A stretch of DNA of 64,000 nt from an uncultured Gemmatimonadaceae bacterium (GTDB lineage: Bacteria > Gemmatimonadota > Gemmatimonadetes > Gemmatimonadales > Gemmatimonadaceae), in the NCBI GenBank assembly GCA_963740355.1, contig CAVUDW010000003.1, positions 544,001 through 608,000 on the forward strand, in the 5' to 3' direction. Below the pieces are notes generated by a model that worked only from the letters and a program-made list of their open reading frames with translations, did not search any database and had not been told where the DNA came from. Both the position numbers and the translations under genes were made by a program. How positions within the stretch are numbered: the first letter of the stretch is position 1; each line of letters starts with the position of its first letter. Shown piece after piece: positions 40,592-52,090 of this stretch.

Positions 40592-42136
40592 TCAGCGCGA
40601 TTTCTTGCGACGCTCGAGAAAGGGCGGAATCTCGGACCCGGGTTCCGATTCGATCGCGACTGCAGCCGGCAGTGCGGGACCGTCGTCAGCAGCGGTGACG
40701 GACAGGTTCATGAACGCCGCCAGCGGCTCGTCCTTCGTCAGCGTGAGGCCCGCGTTCGTCCAGGCCTCGATGCCGCCGCTGAGGTTTTCCACGCCTTCGG
40801 CGCCGGCCAGCATCAGGAGGCTGGCAGCGATCGCCGACCTGGCACCGCTGGCGCATTGCGTGACGATGGTGCCGTCGGCCGGAAGTTCCGCCAAACGCCG
40901 CGGCAACTCAGCGAGCGGGATATGCACCGCGCCCGGAATGTGACCGGTGACCCACTCACTCCGATTGCGCACATCGAGCACGATCAGCCCCTCGCGGCCA
41001 AGTGCACCGGCGAGTGCGATCGGTGATCGCTGCGTGACAGCGTCGGTATCGACGCCCACCAGCGAGTCGGCTGCAACGCTGACGCCGACGATCCGGTCGA
41101 AGCCAATGCTCATCAGTTCGCGCACGAGGCGCTCCCCGTGCTGCTCGTCGTCAGCCAGCAACCAGACGTCGGTCCCGTAGTCCACCAGCGAGCCGAACCA
41201 GCTCGCGAAGCTGCGCGAACCAGGGATGTTGAGCGAATTCGGGATGTGTGCTGCGGCGAAGTCCGCGGCGGAGCGAGCATCCACCAGCAGCCCGAGTTTT
41301 TCCACCCACTGCTGCGCCTCGAACCCGCTCCGGTGCGGCACTTCCGGCAGGCCGCCCAGCAGCGCCGGCCCGTCGCGGTTCACCTGCTTCATGACCGCGA
41401 AGTACGCCGGCGCCTCAGGCTGGTCACGCAGCACTTCGGCGACGAATTCATCCTCGGTCTGCGGCTTGAGCGCCCAGTTGACGAGGCGTTCATAGCCAAG
41501 CGTGGATTGTGCGACTGCGCCGAGCGCGCGACCGCAGGCACTCCCTGCGCCATGGCCCGGCCAGATCTGCAGGTAGTCCGGCAGGTCGCGAAGTCGCTCA
41601 AGCGAACGGTGAAGAATTCGCGCACTCTTCTCCATGCTGCCAGCCTGATTCGCCACCCGCTCCAGCAGGTCCGGTCGGCCGACATCGCCAACGAAGAGGA
41701 AGTCACCGGTGAGCAAACCCATCGGCTGCTCACTGTTGGCCCCATCGGTGACGAAGAAGCTGATGTGTTCCGGCGTATGCCCCGGCGTGTGCAGCACGGT
41801 GAGGCGCACGTTCCCGATGCCGATCACGTCACCTTCCACCACTTCCACTGCGCGATCGTTGAGCGCGAACCGATACCGCCAATCAGGATCGCCGCATCCG
41901 CTGAGAAAAAGCTGTGCGCTGGTGCGGAAGGCGAGCTCACGGGCACCGCTGCAATAATCGGCGTGGATGTGCGTTTCCGTCACGGCCGCAATGTGCATTC
42001 CTTCCTTCTCGGCCAGCTCGATGTAGCGGTCCACGTCGCGCACCGGGTCGACGACAACCGCCTCGCCCGTTGCCTGGCAGCCGATGAAGTAACTGGACTG
42101 CGAGAGCGAGGTGTCGTAGAGGTGCTTGAAGAGCAT
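40592..42136 (-). CDS. MBL-fold hydrolase fused to two rhodanese domains (persulfide dioxygenase-like)
   Basis: ETHIHAD, HTPGHTPEH, GDFLFVGDVGRPDL, PGHGAGSACG, GHIPGA and CASGARS motifs. Confidence 0.9.
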   Translation of the reverse strand: MLFKHLYDTSLSQSSYFIGCQATGEAVVVDPVRDVDRYIELAEKEGMHIAAVTETHIHADYCSGARELAFRTSAQLFLSGCGDPDWRYRFALNDRAVEVVEGDVIGIGNVRLTVLHTPGHTPEHISFFVTDGANSEQPMGLLTGDFLFVGDVGRPDLLERVANQAGSMEKSARILHRSLERLRDLPDYLQIWPGHGAGSACGRALGAVAQSTLGYERLVNWALKPQTEDEFVAEVLRDQPEAPAYFAVMKQVNRDGPALLGGLPEVPHRSGFEAQQWVEKLGLLVDARSAADFAAAHIPNSLNIPGSRSFASWFGSLVDYGTDVWLLADDEQHGERLVRELMSIGFDRIVGVSVAADSLVGVDTDAVTQRSPIALAGALGREGLIVLDVRNRSEWVTGHIPGAVHIPLAELPRRLAELPADGTIVTQCASGARSAIAASLLMLAGAEGVENLSGGIEAWTNAGLTLTKDEPLAAFMNLSVTAADDGPALPAAVAIESEPGSEIPPFLERRKKSR

Positions 42137-42145
42137 GGACGAGGG

Positions 42146-45092
42146 CTATTCGGCGAGTCTCGCGCGGGCGCGGGCCACGATCGGTTGGAGGAAAGGATCG
42201 GCGTCCTTCCACTCAGTGGCAAGCGCCTGACACCACTGCTGTCGTTGCGCTGGAGTGTCGGCCAGCTGGCAGAGGAGTTGGAGCGCGCGGCCTCGGAACG
42301 AGGCCTCCGTCCAGGCACGACGCGGGTCCGGCGAATCCGTCACCCGGGAGAGCCAGGTTCGGGCGGAATCACGTTGCCCGAGATCGAGGTAGGCCATGCC
42401 GATGTGAAACGTCTCCGGCTGCGGGAACCGGAGTGCCTCAGGGGCGAGCGGGAGCAGCTTGCCGAGCGCCTCGCGGGGCCGATGCTCGGCCAGCAGCACC
42501 TGCCCTTCCAGACTGGCCAGAATCGGGGAGCTGACGGGAGGCAGCTTGCCGCGCCCCTTGAGTCGAGCGGCTTCGGCACGGTAGGCATTGAGGCGCGCAC
42601 GTGCTCCCTTCCCGTCGCCAGCCAGCACGAAGTCGAACAGCAGGTTGAACATCGGCCGGTCCTCCATCTTCCACCGGTCGACGCCGGATTCCGCGATGTA
42701 GGTCTGGATGGCGCGGCCGATCCCGGCAGTGTCGCCGCCATACCAGCCCCGATCGAAGTAGCGCTGCCGCGCGGCATCCCCGCGCCAGACACGCCGTTCC
42801 GATGAATCAGGGCTGAGCAACCGCTGTGCACCAAGCGAATCGTTCACCTGCCACGACTCCTCGAGCAAGCCGCGCATGGCAAGGGAGGTCATCAGGCTGC
42901 GGGTGAGCATGTCCACGCGATGCGGCTCACGCGCCGACGTCAGCAGTCGGCGTGCGAGCTTCTCGACACCCGGCCAATCGCGCTCGACGTTCAGCCACTG
43001 CAGGTCCATCTCGTCCAGCTTGATCACCTCGTCAGGTGACTTGAACCGAGCGCGCATCGCGGCACGAGCAGCGCGCGCTTCGTCGACACGACCCGTGCCG
43101 TACGCCCCCCAGATCGTCCACGGCCAGGCGTCGAAGTTGCTCGAATCCAGCGCCACGTAGCGATTTCCGTACTCGCGCACGCGCTCGAACATGCCATCCT
43201 GCAACGACATGTTGGCGAGGTTGTTGAGCGCGATCCGGTTGCCCGGCTGCTCGTTGAGGATCGCGAGATAGGCTGCGGCGGCGCGTCGCTGGTCATTCTC
43301 GACGGCGGAGAAATAGGTCGCCTCGGTGAGGCCACGCTCCACCGGCGACAGTCGATCGCGCAACGCATACGCACGCCGGAGCGCGGCCTTGCCCCGCTCC
43401 ATGCGTTCATTCGAGAAGTCGCCGTCGCCGCGCGCCAGCTTCACACCGAGGCGACGCCACGCCATGGCAAACGTCGAGTCGAGCGTCACCGCCTCTTCGA
43501 GCAGCTGGATTTCGCGCTTTTCGTCCTCCTCGGCGTGCATGCCGTCACCGAGCCGGATCGCCTCGCTGTACTTGCGCAGCGCGTCGAGCGACGTGGTCGT
43601 GACACGCTCCATCGGCGCCAAGCGCCGTCAGCGTGGTGCTCGACTCACCCAACTTCTCGCGGGTGCGACGGGCCAGGCGACCGATCGCCGCGATCAACGC
43701 GTCCTCGGTGGCCGCCGTCTCCTGCAAAGCCTGCTCGGAGAGATCCGTCGGCGAGACCAGTGCAGCGCGCACGAGGAAGGTGTTGCCGACCTTCTGGATG
43801 CGACCCTCGACCACCACTGGCACGCCCTCGCGGACGGCTATCTCACGGGCCAGCGCAGCCGAGACTCGCGAGGCTTTCGGCCGTTGCATCCGCTCCAGCG
43901 CCGACGCCGTCGCCGCGGGCGTCATGACGGTCACGATCTTCGATTCCTGCAATTCGGAGCGCAGCGCTTCCGACAGCAGGTCGCCAAGGGTCGAGTCCGC
44001 GGTGCGATTCTCGACTTCGGCGACGATCACGGATTGCGGCGCGGCGAAGGCGACCGCTGGCTGCGGTCCACGCTTGCCGCTGGACAGCGCCACACCCAGC
44101 GACACCGCAAGCGCGACGGCCACACCGCCACCGAGAATCCGATTGCGGAACGACGCCGACGGTTTGGCGGGTGTCGGCACTACCGGGAATTGCTGCGTCG
44201 GCGTCCGCTTCGCCGCGATGGGCTCCGGCGGCAGCGGAGTGGACTCGGCGGTATACCGCTGTTGCTCGAACGCATCCGCGAGCGCATCGGCGGTCTGCCA
44301 GCGCATGTCCGGATCCTTCTCCAGACAGAGCATGATGACCGACGACATTCCGGACTTCACCGGCGCCACCTGATCGAGCGGCACGGGCCGCTGTGACACC
44401 TGCGCCACCAGCATCCGGGCGGCGCTGGGGTCGGTGAACGGCGGCTTGCCGCTCAACAGCTCGTACGCGACGCAGCCAAGGGCGTAGATGTCAGCACGAC
44501 CATCCACCGTCGCATCACCGGCTGCCTGTTCCGGCGACATGTAGGCCGGCGTGCCAACCGCCAGCCCCGATGTCGTCAGGCCAGTCGACTCCGAGACGGC
44601 GGCCGTGAGCGCCTTGGCGACGCCGAAATCGGCCACGACGGCATGCTGCTCATGGAGCAGGATGTTGCCGGGCTTGATGTCGCGATGAACGATGCCCTTC
44701 CGGTGTGCGGCGCCGAGCGCTCGCGCGACGTCCACGAGAATCGGCAGGGCTTCCCGACCAGACATCACGCCGCGCTGAATCCGCTCGCGTAACGATTCGC
44801 CTTCGACGAACGGCATCGTGTACCAGAGCAACCCTTCCGCCTCGCCGGCGGTGAGCAGCGGCACGATCATCGGGTGCTGGAGGCCGGCGGCCAGCTGTAC
44901 TTCGCGCCGGAAGCGCTCGCGGTTCACGCCCGCCGCGAGTTCCGGCGTCAACACCTTGATCACGACCTTCCGGCCGAGCGCGACGTCGGTGGCGAGAAAG
45001 ACGCGGCTCATCCCGCCGCCGCCGAGCTCGCGCACGACACGATACTCGTCGCCGAGGGCGAGTTCGAGATGTTCCTGGAAGGATGCGGACAC
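42146..45092 (-). CDS. Ser/Thr protein kinase with TM helix and TPR-like C-terminus, +1 frameshift near 43620
   Basis: ELGGGGMSRVF, HRDIKPGN, DFG and GTPAYMSPEQ motifs; continuation VTTTSLDALRKY...LDSTFAMAW is in the next frame. Confidence 0.88.
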
Positions 45093-45237
45093 GGATAGGA
45101 TTGGAGTACTCCGGAAGAATCTACTCTTCCGACACTCCCCAGACTACAGAGGTTGTCTGGGTCAGGTTCCGAGTGGTGCCCAAGTGGGCCCGGTGCCCGC
45201 TGCCGGCGTGTTCGGCCGACAGCCACATCCGCGCGCG

Positions 45238-48200
45238 CTAGCCCTGCTGCGCCGCGACCGTCCCCTTCCGCTCAAGCTTGCCCCACCCGACCAGCCCACC
45301 ACGCGCGGCGGCGACGAACGACTTCACCACCACCCAATACATGATCTGTCGGTACGCAAAGCGCTGAATCAGGATCAGCCATGTCAGACGCCGTTCCTCA
45401 CCCGGTTCGAGCAGGAACGCGATCACCGCTGCCAGCCAGTCCATCAGCAGGAAGATCATGTACATCGCCGCCAGCTGAATGCCGGTGTGCCAGGCGAACG
45501 TGGCGCCGTGCTCGAGGTACGTGAACCCGACGCTGAGCACACTGAACACGAAGATCAGGTCAGCCAACGGTGAGATCGCGGTGAACAGCAGCTGGAACAG
45601 CCAGGTGTTCGGCATCGCCACCAACCCGAGCGACCCGAATTTCCGGCGCAGGAACGTGTCGCGATGTTTCCACGCACACTGCAGCGTGCCGAAGCTCCAG
45701 CGGAATCGCTGCTTGACCAGCGACTTGAACGAGTCCGGTGCCTCGGTCCAGGCAATCGCCCGATCGGCATAGGCAATGCGCCACCCGCGCTTCCGCATTT
45801 CGATCGTGGCGTCCTGGTCCTCTGCCAGCGTGTCATGCGTGAAGCCGCCCATCTCCAGCACCGCAGCACGGCGCCACGCTCCCACCGCCCCCGGAATCAC
45901 CGTGATGCAATTCAGCAGGTCGAAGGCCCGGCGATCGACGTTCTGGCTGGTGACGTACTCGAGCGCCTGCCAGCGTGTCACGAGATTGAGGCGATTGCCG
46001 ACTTTCGCATTTCCGGCCACGGCACCCACCTTCGGGTCGCGCAGCGGCGCCACCAGTTCGGCGATCGTCTGCACCTCGAACACGGTATCGGCATCGAGGC
46101 AGATCACGATCTCGCCCTTGGCGCGCTGGATCCCGAAATTGAGCGCGCTCGCCTTGCCGCCATTCGCCTTCACGAAAACCGTCACGCGCGGCTCATCGCC
46201 AAAGGCCGCACGCGCAACCGCGCCGGTGCCGTCCGGCGATCCGTCATCCACCACCACCACATCGAGCTGACCGTCATAGCGCTGGCCGAGCAGGCTGAGG
46301 ATCGTCTTCTCGATCACCTTCGCCTCGTTGTACGCCGGCACGATGACTGAGACGTGCGGCGTGTAGTCCAACGGCGTCGGTCCGCGGCGAGCCGAACGCA
46401 CGCGATGAGTGATTGCGAGCGAAAGCACGATCACGAGGCGAATCGCGCCCAGCACAACCGCGATCATGAACACCCACTGCAGCAGCGCCTGCGCCGCACC
46501 AACGGTGGAGAAGGCCGCTAGCGTGATGTCCCGCGACGTGGCACTCGACGGCGGCAGTGGCGGCATCGCCTCGTCGCGCGACAGGCCGAGCAGTTCGGAC
46601 AGCAGCACCACCGTGTCACCATTGGCGCGCAGCGAATCGACGAGAGGGCCGATTGCGGCCACTGTCTGGCTCCGATCGCCGCCGCTGTCGTGCAGCAGCA
46701 CGACGTTGCCCTTGTCCCGGGCGTCGAGCACGTTCGAGATGATCTTGTCCTTGCCGGGTTCCAGCCAATCGTCGGAATCGACGTGCAGGCCGACCGTCAC
46801 GTAGCCCAGATCGTTGGCAATCGACACCGGGATCAGTTCATCGGCCGTCGTCGGCTCGGCATCCCCGAAATACGGCGGGCGGAAGAGCGCCGTGCGCCGA
46901 TCGGTGATGGCCTCGATCAATCGTTCGGTCGCGTCCAGCTCGAGACGCGTCACGAACGCCGGCGTGACGGCCAGGTTCGGATGGGTGAAGGTGTGGTTGC
47001 CGAGTTCGTGCCCCTCGCTCATCAGCCGTCGAATGAGCGGGATGTTGCGCAACGCGTTGCTGCCGATGACGAAGAACGTGCCGTGAACGCCGCGTGACTT
47101 GAGCGTATCGAGGATGTCCGGCGTCCAGCGACTGTCGGGCCCATCGTCGAAGGTGAGCGCGACGCGATGTTTCGCCGACGATCCGGTGCGCTCGATGACG
47201 TAGGGCGAGGGCAGCTGCGTCCACTGCACTCGGGTGATCAACTCGGTGTTCTTGTTGACGCCGATCGTTCGCTGGCCAAAGGTGGGCTTCGACGTGACGC
47301 GCAGGATCTCGCCCGATCCGTTGAACTCGACGTCATACCCAGGAGAAATCTCGGCCAGGTCGCGCACGGGATCGGGGACGGTCTTTGCCCCCACCACATT
47401 CCACAGCGACGGATCTTCCGCGCCAAGCCGCCAGAGCGCCACGCCCCGTGCGCCGAGTCCGACCGCTGTCGACACCTCGTTCCACGCGGTGGTGGCATCG
47501 AGGAACCAGACCTGATGATCGACGGAATCCGGATCGGTCCAGGTGGCGACAGGGTTGAGTGACGGCGACGTGAACGAGACGGTTCCCTTGTGGTCGCGCA
47601 CCGCGCGCATCACCTCGGCGAATGTCGCGGCCTCGGCTGGGCGCTTGTCACCGGTGTCATTCCAATGGTAGCCGTATGTGCCGATCGCGAAGATCGCCTT
47701 GTGCCGCGGGATCAGCGTGAGCGCCCGCACGGCGCTTTCGTCATACCAGCTCTGACTTGCCACCGGCCCGGGATCACCCGTGGGGTAATGCTCATCGTAG
47801 AGCATGTCGACCACGTAGTCGGCGTTCACGCCGGCGGAACGCATCTCTTCATCGCTGGCATCCGACGCGACGGTCTGCAGCGTCGATGCCTGCACGGCAT
47901 GCAGTGCCGTCGTCAGGTCCTTGACGAACAGGCCAAGGCTGGCGCGCGTCTGCTCGTCCACCCCTTCGATATCGACGGTGATGCCGGCGAGCCCGTACTT
48001 CTTCACGCCCTGCACCAGGCTCGCGATCACGGCCTGCCGATTGGCTGCGCTCCCGAGCAGGCGACGCGCGCGAAGATTGTCGAACGAGTGTGACACCGGA
48101 TCGACATTGGTCAACATCGCGAACAGGCGCGGACGCTGATCCGGCGGCAGCGTCTTCAGCAGACCGAGGACATCCTTGCGTTTCGTGTCGCCGAGATTGA

Positions 48201-48699
48201 AGGTGACGCTGCTGCCGCTGTCGTTGAGAAACGCCCACTCGCCGACCACCCAGTCCATCTCCTTCGCGTGTGCCTGCAACGCGAAGAATGAGTTGTCGTC
48301 CCAGTTGACGTAGAACCCGAGCACGATCGGATTGCTGTCCGTGGCAGACCGCGTCGACATCGGTACGATCGATTCCGGGCGTGGCCCACGAATCACCGGT
48401 GCCACATGGTGTTCCGCCAGTGCGGAGAGCAGTCGCTTGCGTGCCTCGAGGCGCGCGGGATCCTTGCGGCGTGCGGTCACCCGCGGCATTTGCGGTCGGG
48501 CCGCGACTTCGGGCTGCCAGGTTTTTGGCAGCAGCGGCGGCACCAGCACGGCCAGCACGAGCACGAAGGCCAGCAGTGTGCTGGCAACGCCGACGCCGAG
48601 GGCCGTCCCTCTGAGAGCTCGCCACCGCCGACCGCTCGGATCGGAGAAGACGGGGTTCAGCGGTGCCTGGCTTTCGGTTTCGTGGTCTGCGTTCGGCAT
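45238..48699 (-). CDS. GH18-like + polysaccharide deacetylase + GT2 glycosyltransferase fusion
   Basis: GITVDIE and MLYDEH (GH18); LTFDDGP, GNHTFTH and LLHD (NodB); PAYNE, DAD, AED and QRFRW (processive GT2). Confidence 0.9.
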   Translation of the reverse strand: MPNADHETESQAPLNPVFSDPSGRRWRALRGTALGVGVASTLLAFVLVLAVLVPPLLPKTWQPEVAARPQMPRVTARRKDPARLEARKRLLSALAEHHVAPVIRGPRPESIVPMSTRSATDSNPIVLGFYVNWDDNSFFALQAHAKEMDWVVGEWAFLNDSGSSVTFNLGDTKRKDVLGLLKTLPPDQRPRLFAMLTNVDPVSHSFDNLRARRLLGSAANRQAVIASLVQGVKKYGLAGITVDIEGVDEQTRASLGLFVKDLTTALHAVQASTLQTVASDASDEEMRSAGVNADYVVDMLYDEHYPTGDPGPVASQSWYDESAVRALTLIPRHKAIFAIGTYGYHWNDTGDKRPAEAATFAEVMRAVRDHKGTVSFTSPSLNPVATWTDPDSVDHQVWFLDATTAWNEVSTAVGLGARGVALWRLGAEDPSLWNVVGAKTVPDPVRDLAEISPGYDVEFNGSGEILRVTSKPTFGQRTIGVNKNTELITRVQWTQLPSPYVIERTGSSAKHRVALTFDDGPDSRWTPDILDTLKSRGVHGTFFVIGSNALRNIPLIRRLMSEGHELGNHTFTHPNLAVTPAFVTRLELDATERLIEAITDRRTALFRPPYFGDAEPTTADELIPVSIANDLGYVTVGLHVDSDDWLEPGKDKIISNVLDARDKGNVVLLHDSGGDRSQTVAAIGPLVDSLRANGDTVVLLSELLGLSRDEAMPPLPPSSATSRDITLAAFSTVGAAQALLQWVFMIAVVLGAIRLVIVLSLAITHRVRSARRGPTPLDYTPHVSVIVPAYNEAKVIEKTILSLLGQRYDGQLDVVVVDDGSPDGTGAVARAAFGDEPRVTVFVKANGGKASALNFGIQRAKGEIVICLDADTVFEVQTIAELVAPLRDPKVGAVAGNAKVGNRLNLVTRWQALEYVTSQNVDRRAFDLLNCITVIPGAVGAWRRAAVLEMGGFTHDTLAEDQDATIEMRKRGWRIAYADRAIAWTEAPDSFKSLVKQRFRWSFGTLQCAWKHRDTFLRRKFGSLGLVAMPNTWLFQLLFTAISPLADLIFVFSVLSVGFTYLEHGATFAWHTGIQLAAMYMIFLLMDWLAAVIAFLLEPGEERRLTWLILIQRFAYRQIMYWVVVKSFVAAARGGLVGWGKLERKGTVAAQQG

Positions 48700-48818
48700 G
48701 CGTCCAAAGAATACACGTCAGGTGGAGCGAAAGGTCGTCGACGGAACGCAGTCGCTGACGTATGCTTCGCATCCAACCCTGTTTCGACAGTCCGTGCCCG
48801 CCGCTTGAGGTTTTCTGC

Positions 48819-50852
48819 ATGCCGCGTTCGTTCGCTGCCGCACTTGCCGTCGCCATCTGCCCGATCGTCGCGGGCGCCCAGACCCCTGCTCCCGCCGCCA
48901 CGCCGGCCGCCGGTCCGGCCGTCGCCACCCTTCAGATCCTGCCGCGCGAGCGGACGATGCGAGCCCGCGACACGCTTCGGCTCCGCGTACGGGCACTGGA
49001 CGCACAAGGCAACGAGGTACCGAACGCGACCATTCGGTTTTCGCGCGCCGGTGGCTTCTTCGAAGGCGACGTCACGCCTGACGGACTGATCCATTCGGGC
49101 TCCACTGGCACCTTGCCGATCGTCGTCTCGGCCACGCAGGTGGGACAGCGGCCCGTGGTCGAGCGCGTGGAGATGAAGATGCTCCCGGGCGCGGCGCACC
49201 ATATCAATGTCACCACGCCGGTGTCGACGCTCGCCATCGGCCAGCGGATGCGGTACCTCGCCACCGCCTTCGACGACGGCAACGACCGCCGCGACGACCG
49301 GGTGCTCTGGACGAGCAGCAACCCACGTGTGGTGCAGATCTCGCGCGACGGCCTGGCAGCGGCGGTGGCCCCAGGCAGCGCCAAGCTGATCGCAACCGCC
49401 GGCGCCGTCAGCAAGGAAGTGCCTGTCACGGTCGCCGCCCGCCGGATTGCGGCGCTCGAAGTGACGCCGTCATCGGCCGACGCTCGCACGGGCGACGTGA
49501 TCCACTTTGCGGCCAAGCCGAAGGATGCGGCCGGCCGCGCCATCGACGGCCTGACGCCGATCTGGAGCTTCAGCCCCGGCCAGGGGATGATCGGACCCGA
49601 TGGTGGCTTCGTGGGCTACGAGCAGGGCACCTACACGATCACGGCCAGCTTCGGCACGCAGACCGCCGAAGCCACGGTGACGCTGAATGCGCGCGACGTG
49701 CGCCGGCCACTGGAAGTGGTGGGCCGCTCGCCGAAGAAGGGGCACACGACCGAAGAAGTCTGGATTCACCCGAACGGCAAGGTGGCCTACCTCGGCTCGG
49801 GCGGTGGCGGCGATGTGTTCTACACGCTCGACATCTCGAACCCGGCCAACCCGATCGTCAGCGACAGCATGGTGCTGAACACGCGCCGCGTGAACGACCT
49901 GATGACCACGCCCGACGGCATGTTCCTCGTCAACACGCGCGAAGGCGCCTCTGATCGCAAGAACGGCATCGTGATCAGCAGCCTCGCCGATCCGCTGCAC
50001 CCGGTGAAGATCGCCGAGTACACCGAAGGGATGACGGGTGGTGTGCACTCCGCCTTCATCTACAAGCAGGAGAAGTACGGCACCCACGTGTACGCAACGA
50101 ACGATGGGACGGGTGGCTTTCACATCATCGACATCAATGATCCGTACCACCCGAAGCAGGCCGCGATCTGGACGACATCGCGACCGGACGCGGGCCGATC
50201 GCTGCACGACGTGGATGTGCAGGATGGCCTCGCGTACCTGAGCTACTGGAACGACGGTCTGGTGATCCTCGATGTCGGCAACGGCATCAAGGGTGGCTCG
50301 CCGACGAACCCGGTGCTGGTGATGCAGTACAAGTACGACTTGAACGACCTCTATCGTCAGGTGGAACTGGCTGGTGGGCCGGGCTTCATTCGCGGCACGC
50401 ACACGGCCTGGCGCCACAAGAACTACGTCTTCATCGCCGACGAGGTCTTCCCGTCGAGTGGTGTGCAGGGCGCCAAGGATGCCTCGGCGGGTCGCGCGTA
50501 CGGTCGCTTGCAGGTGATCGATGTCAGCGACTATGCGAACCCGAAGCCGGTCGCGTTCTACGAGCCTGAATTCGGTGGCGTGCACAACATCTGGATCGCC
50601 GGCGATACGCTCTACATGGGCGCCTACAACGCGGGCTTCCGCACCTTCGACATCAGCGGCGAGCTGCGTGGCGACCTGCGCGCGCAGCAGCGAGAGATGG
50701 CACACCTCAACACCGCCGACATGGAAGGCTTCGTGAAGAACGCCGCCATGACGTGGGGTGTGGTGGTCCGCGACGGGCTGGCGTACGTGAATGACATGTA
50801 CAACGGCCTCTGGATCGTCCGCATGAAGCCAAAGCGCGGCATCACACCGTGA
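48819..50852 (+). CDS. Secreted Ig-like (Big_2) + LVIVD repeat protein
   Basis: Signal peptide; WTSSNPRVVQIS; GLVILDV and LQVIDVS repeats. Confidence 0.82.
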   Translation: MPRSFAAALAVAICPIVAGAQTPAPAATPAAGPAVATLQILPRERTMRARDTLRLRVRALDAQGNEVPNATIRFSRAGGFFEGDVTPDGLIHSGSTGTLPIVVSATQVGQRPVVERVEMKMLPGAAHHINVTTPVSTLAIGQRMRYLATAFDDGNDRRDDRVLWTSSNPRVVQISRDGLAAAVAPGSAKLIATAGAVSKEVPVTVAARRIAALEVTPSSADARTGDVIHFAAKPKDAAGRAIDGLTPIWSFSPGQGMIGPDGGFVGYEQGTYTITASFGTQTAEATVTLNARDVRRPLEVVGRSPKKGHTTEEVWIHPNGKVAYLGSGGGGDVFYTLDISNPANPIVSDSMVLNTRRVNDLMTTPDGMFLVNTREGASDRKNGIVISSLADPLHPVKIAEYTEGMTGGVHSAFIYKQEKYGTHVYATNDGTGGFHIIDINDPYHPKQAAIWTTSRPDAGRSLHDVDVQDGLAYLSYWNDGLVILDVGNGIKGGSPTNPVLVMQYKYDLNDLYRQVELAGGPGFIRGTHTAWRHKNYVFIADEVFPSSGVQGAKDASAGRAYGRLQVIDVSDYANPKPVAFYEPEFGGVHNIWIAGDTLYMGAYNAGFRTFDISGELRGDLRAQQREMAHLNTADMEGFVKNAAMTWGVVVRDGLAYVNDMYNGLWIVRMKPKRGITP

Positions 50853-52012
50853 TGACTCGACGTGCGCTGCTGGTGTCGGCGGGACTGCTCGCCGGCACGG
50901 TCCAGCTGAATGCACAGGCGCTGGCACCGAAATCGGTGCCAGCGGCGCCGGAGCGCACGTACACGATCGCGGTGGCATCGGAAGCCACGGACGAGATCTC
51001 GATCATCTCGTTCGGGCCTTCCGGCGCTTCGGTGCAGACGAAGATCCCGATCGGGCTTAGCGCCACCGATCCTGATGGTCCACACGGGCTGGCCTCGTCA
51101 CCGGACAAGCAGTTCTACTACGTCTCGACTGCGCACGGCACACCGTTCGGCAATTTCTGGAAGTTGCGCACCAGCGACAACGCCGTGGTGGGACGCGTCA
51201 TGCTCGGCAACTTCCCCGCCACCGCGCAGGTCACCCCTGAAGGGCATCTCGCATTCGTGGTGAACTTCAACCTTCACGGCGACATGGTCCCGAGCGATGT
51301 CAGTGTCGTCGGGGTTGACGACATGGTGGAGTTGACGCGCATCAAGACCTGCACGATGCCACACGGCAGCCGGCTCAACCCGCAGGGCACCAAGCACTAC
51401 TCGGCCTGCATGATGGACGACATGCTGGTGGAGATCGACGTCGCGACGTTCGAGGTGAGCCGCCACTTCATGCTCACCAAGGGCAAGGAGATGGGCATGG
51501 CGGGCCCGCCGGCGGTGATGAACAACGCCGGTGCCCATGACATGTCGGGGCACGGCATGGCCACGCCTGCCGCCGGCGACCCGACCTGTTCACCGACCTG
51601 GGCGCAGCCCTCGGCCGATGGCAGCAAGATCTACGTGGCGTGCAACAAGACGAGTGACATCGTCGAGATCGACGTTGCCACCTGGCAGATGCTGCGACGC
51701 ATCCCGACGGGGAACGGCGTCTACAACCTCGCGGCCACACATGACGGCACGAAGTTGATCGCGACCAACAAGCGTGGGCAGTCGGTGAGCATCATCGAGC
51801 TGCCGAGTGGTCGCGAACTCGCGCGTCTCGCGACGAAGCGCAAGGTGGTGCACGGCGCCGCCGTCTCCGCCGACGATCGCTACGTCTTCATCAGCGTCGA
51901 AGGCATCGGCGCCGAACCAGGCACGGTCGAGATCATCGACCTGCGCACGCTCCAGACCGTCGCCACCATCGACGTCGGCCAGATGGCCGGCGGCATCGAC
52001 GTCATTCGCTGA
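50849..52012 (+). CDS. Secreted YncE-like beta-propeller
   Basis: Signal peptide; GPHGL, MPHGS and VVHGA blade motifs; ATG 50852 is an alternative start. Confidence 0.8.
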   Translation: MMTRRALLVSAGLLAGTVQLNAQALAPKSVPAAPERTYTIAVASEATDEISIISFGPSGASVQTKIPIGLSATDPDGPHGLASSPDKQFYYVSTAHGTPFGNFWKLRTSDNAVVGRVMLGNFPATAQVTPEGHLAFVVNFNLHGDMVPSDVSVVGVDDMVELTRIKTCTMPHGSRLNPQGTKHYSACMMDDMLVEIDVATFEVSRHFMLTKGKEMGMAGPPAVMNNAGAHDMSGHGMATPAAGDPTCSPTWAQPSADGSKIYVACNKTSDIVEIDVATWQMLRRIPTGNGVYNLAATHDGTKLIATNKRGQSVSIIELPSGRELARLATKRKVVHGAAVSADDRYVFISVEGIGAEPGTVEIIDLRTLQTVATIDVGQMAGGIDVIR

Positions 52013-52090
52013 CGAATCGCGCGTCGCTCGTCCTCACGACCGCGAAACGCCTTTCCGCCGCCGTGCCGGCGAGCTCTTTCAACACTTCCT

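Noticed and set aside
38682..40943. 753-aa plus-strand ORF and other long antisense ORFs (e.g. 59399-61252, 41138-42805, 36370-37977)
   Set aside because: Shadow frames opposite well-supported genes, expected in high-GC DNA; no recognisable motifs.
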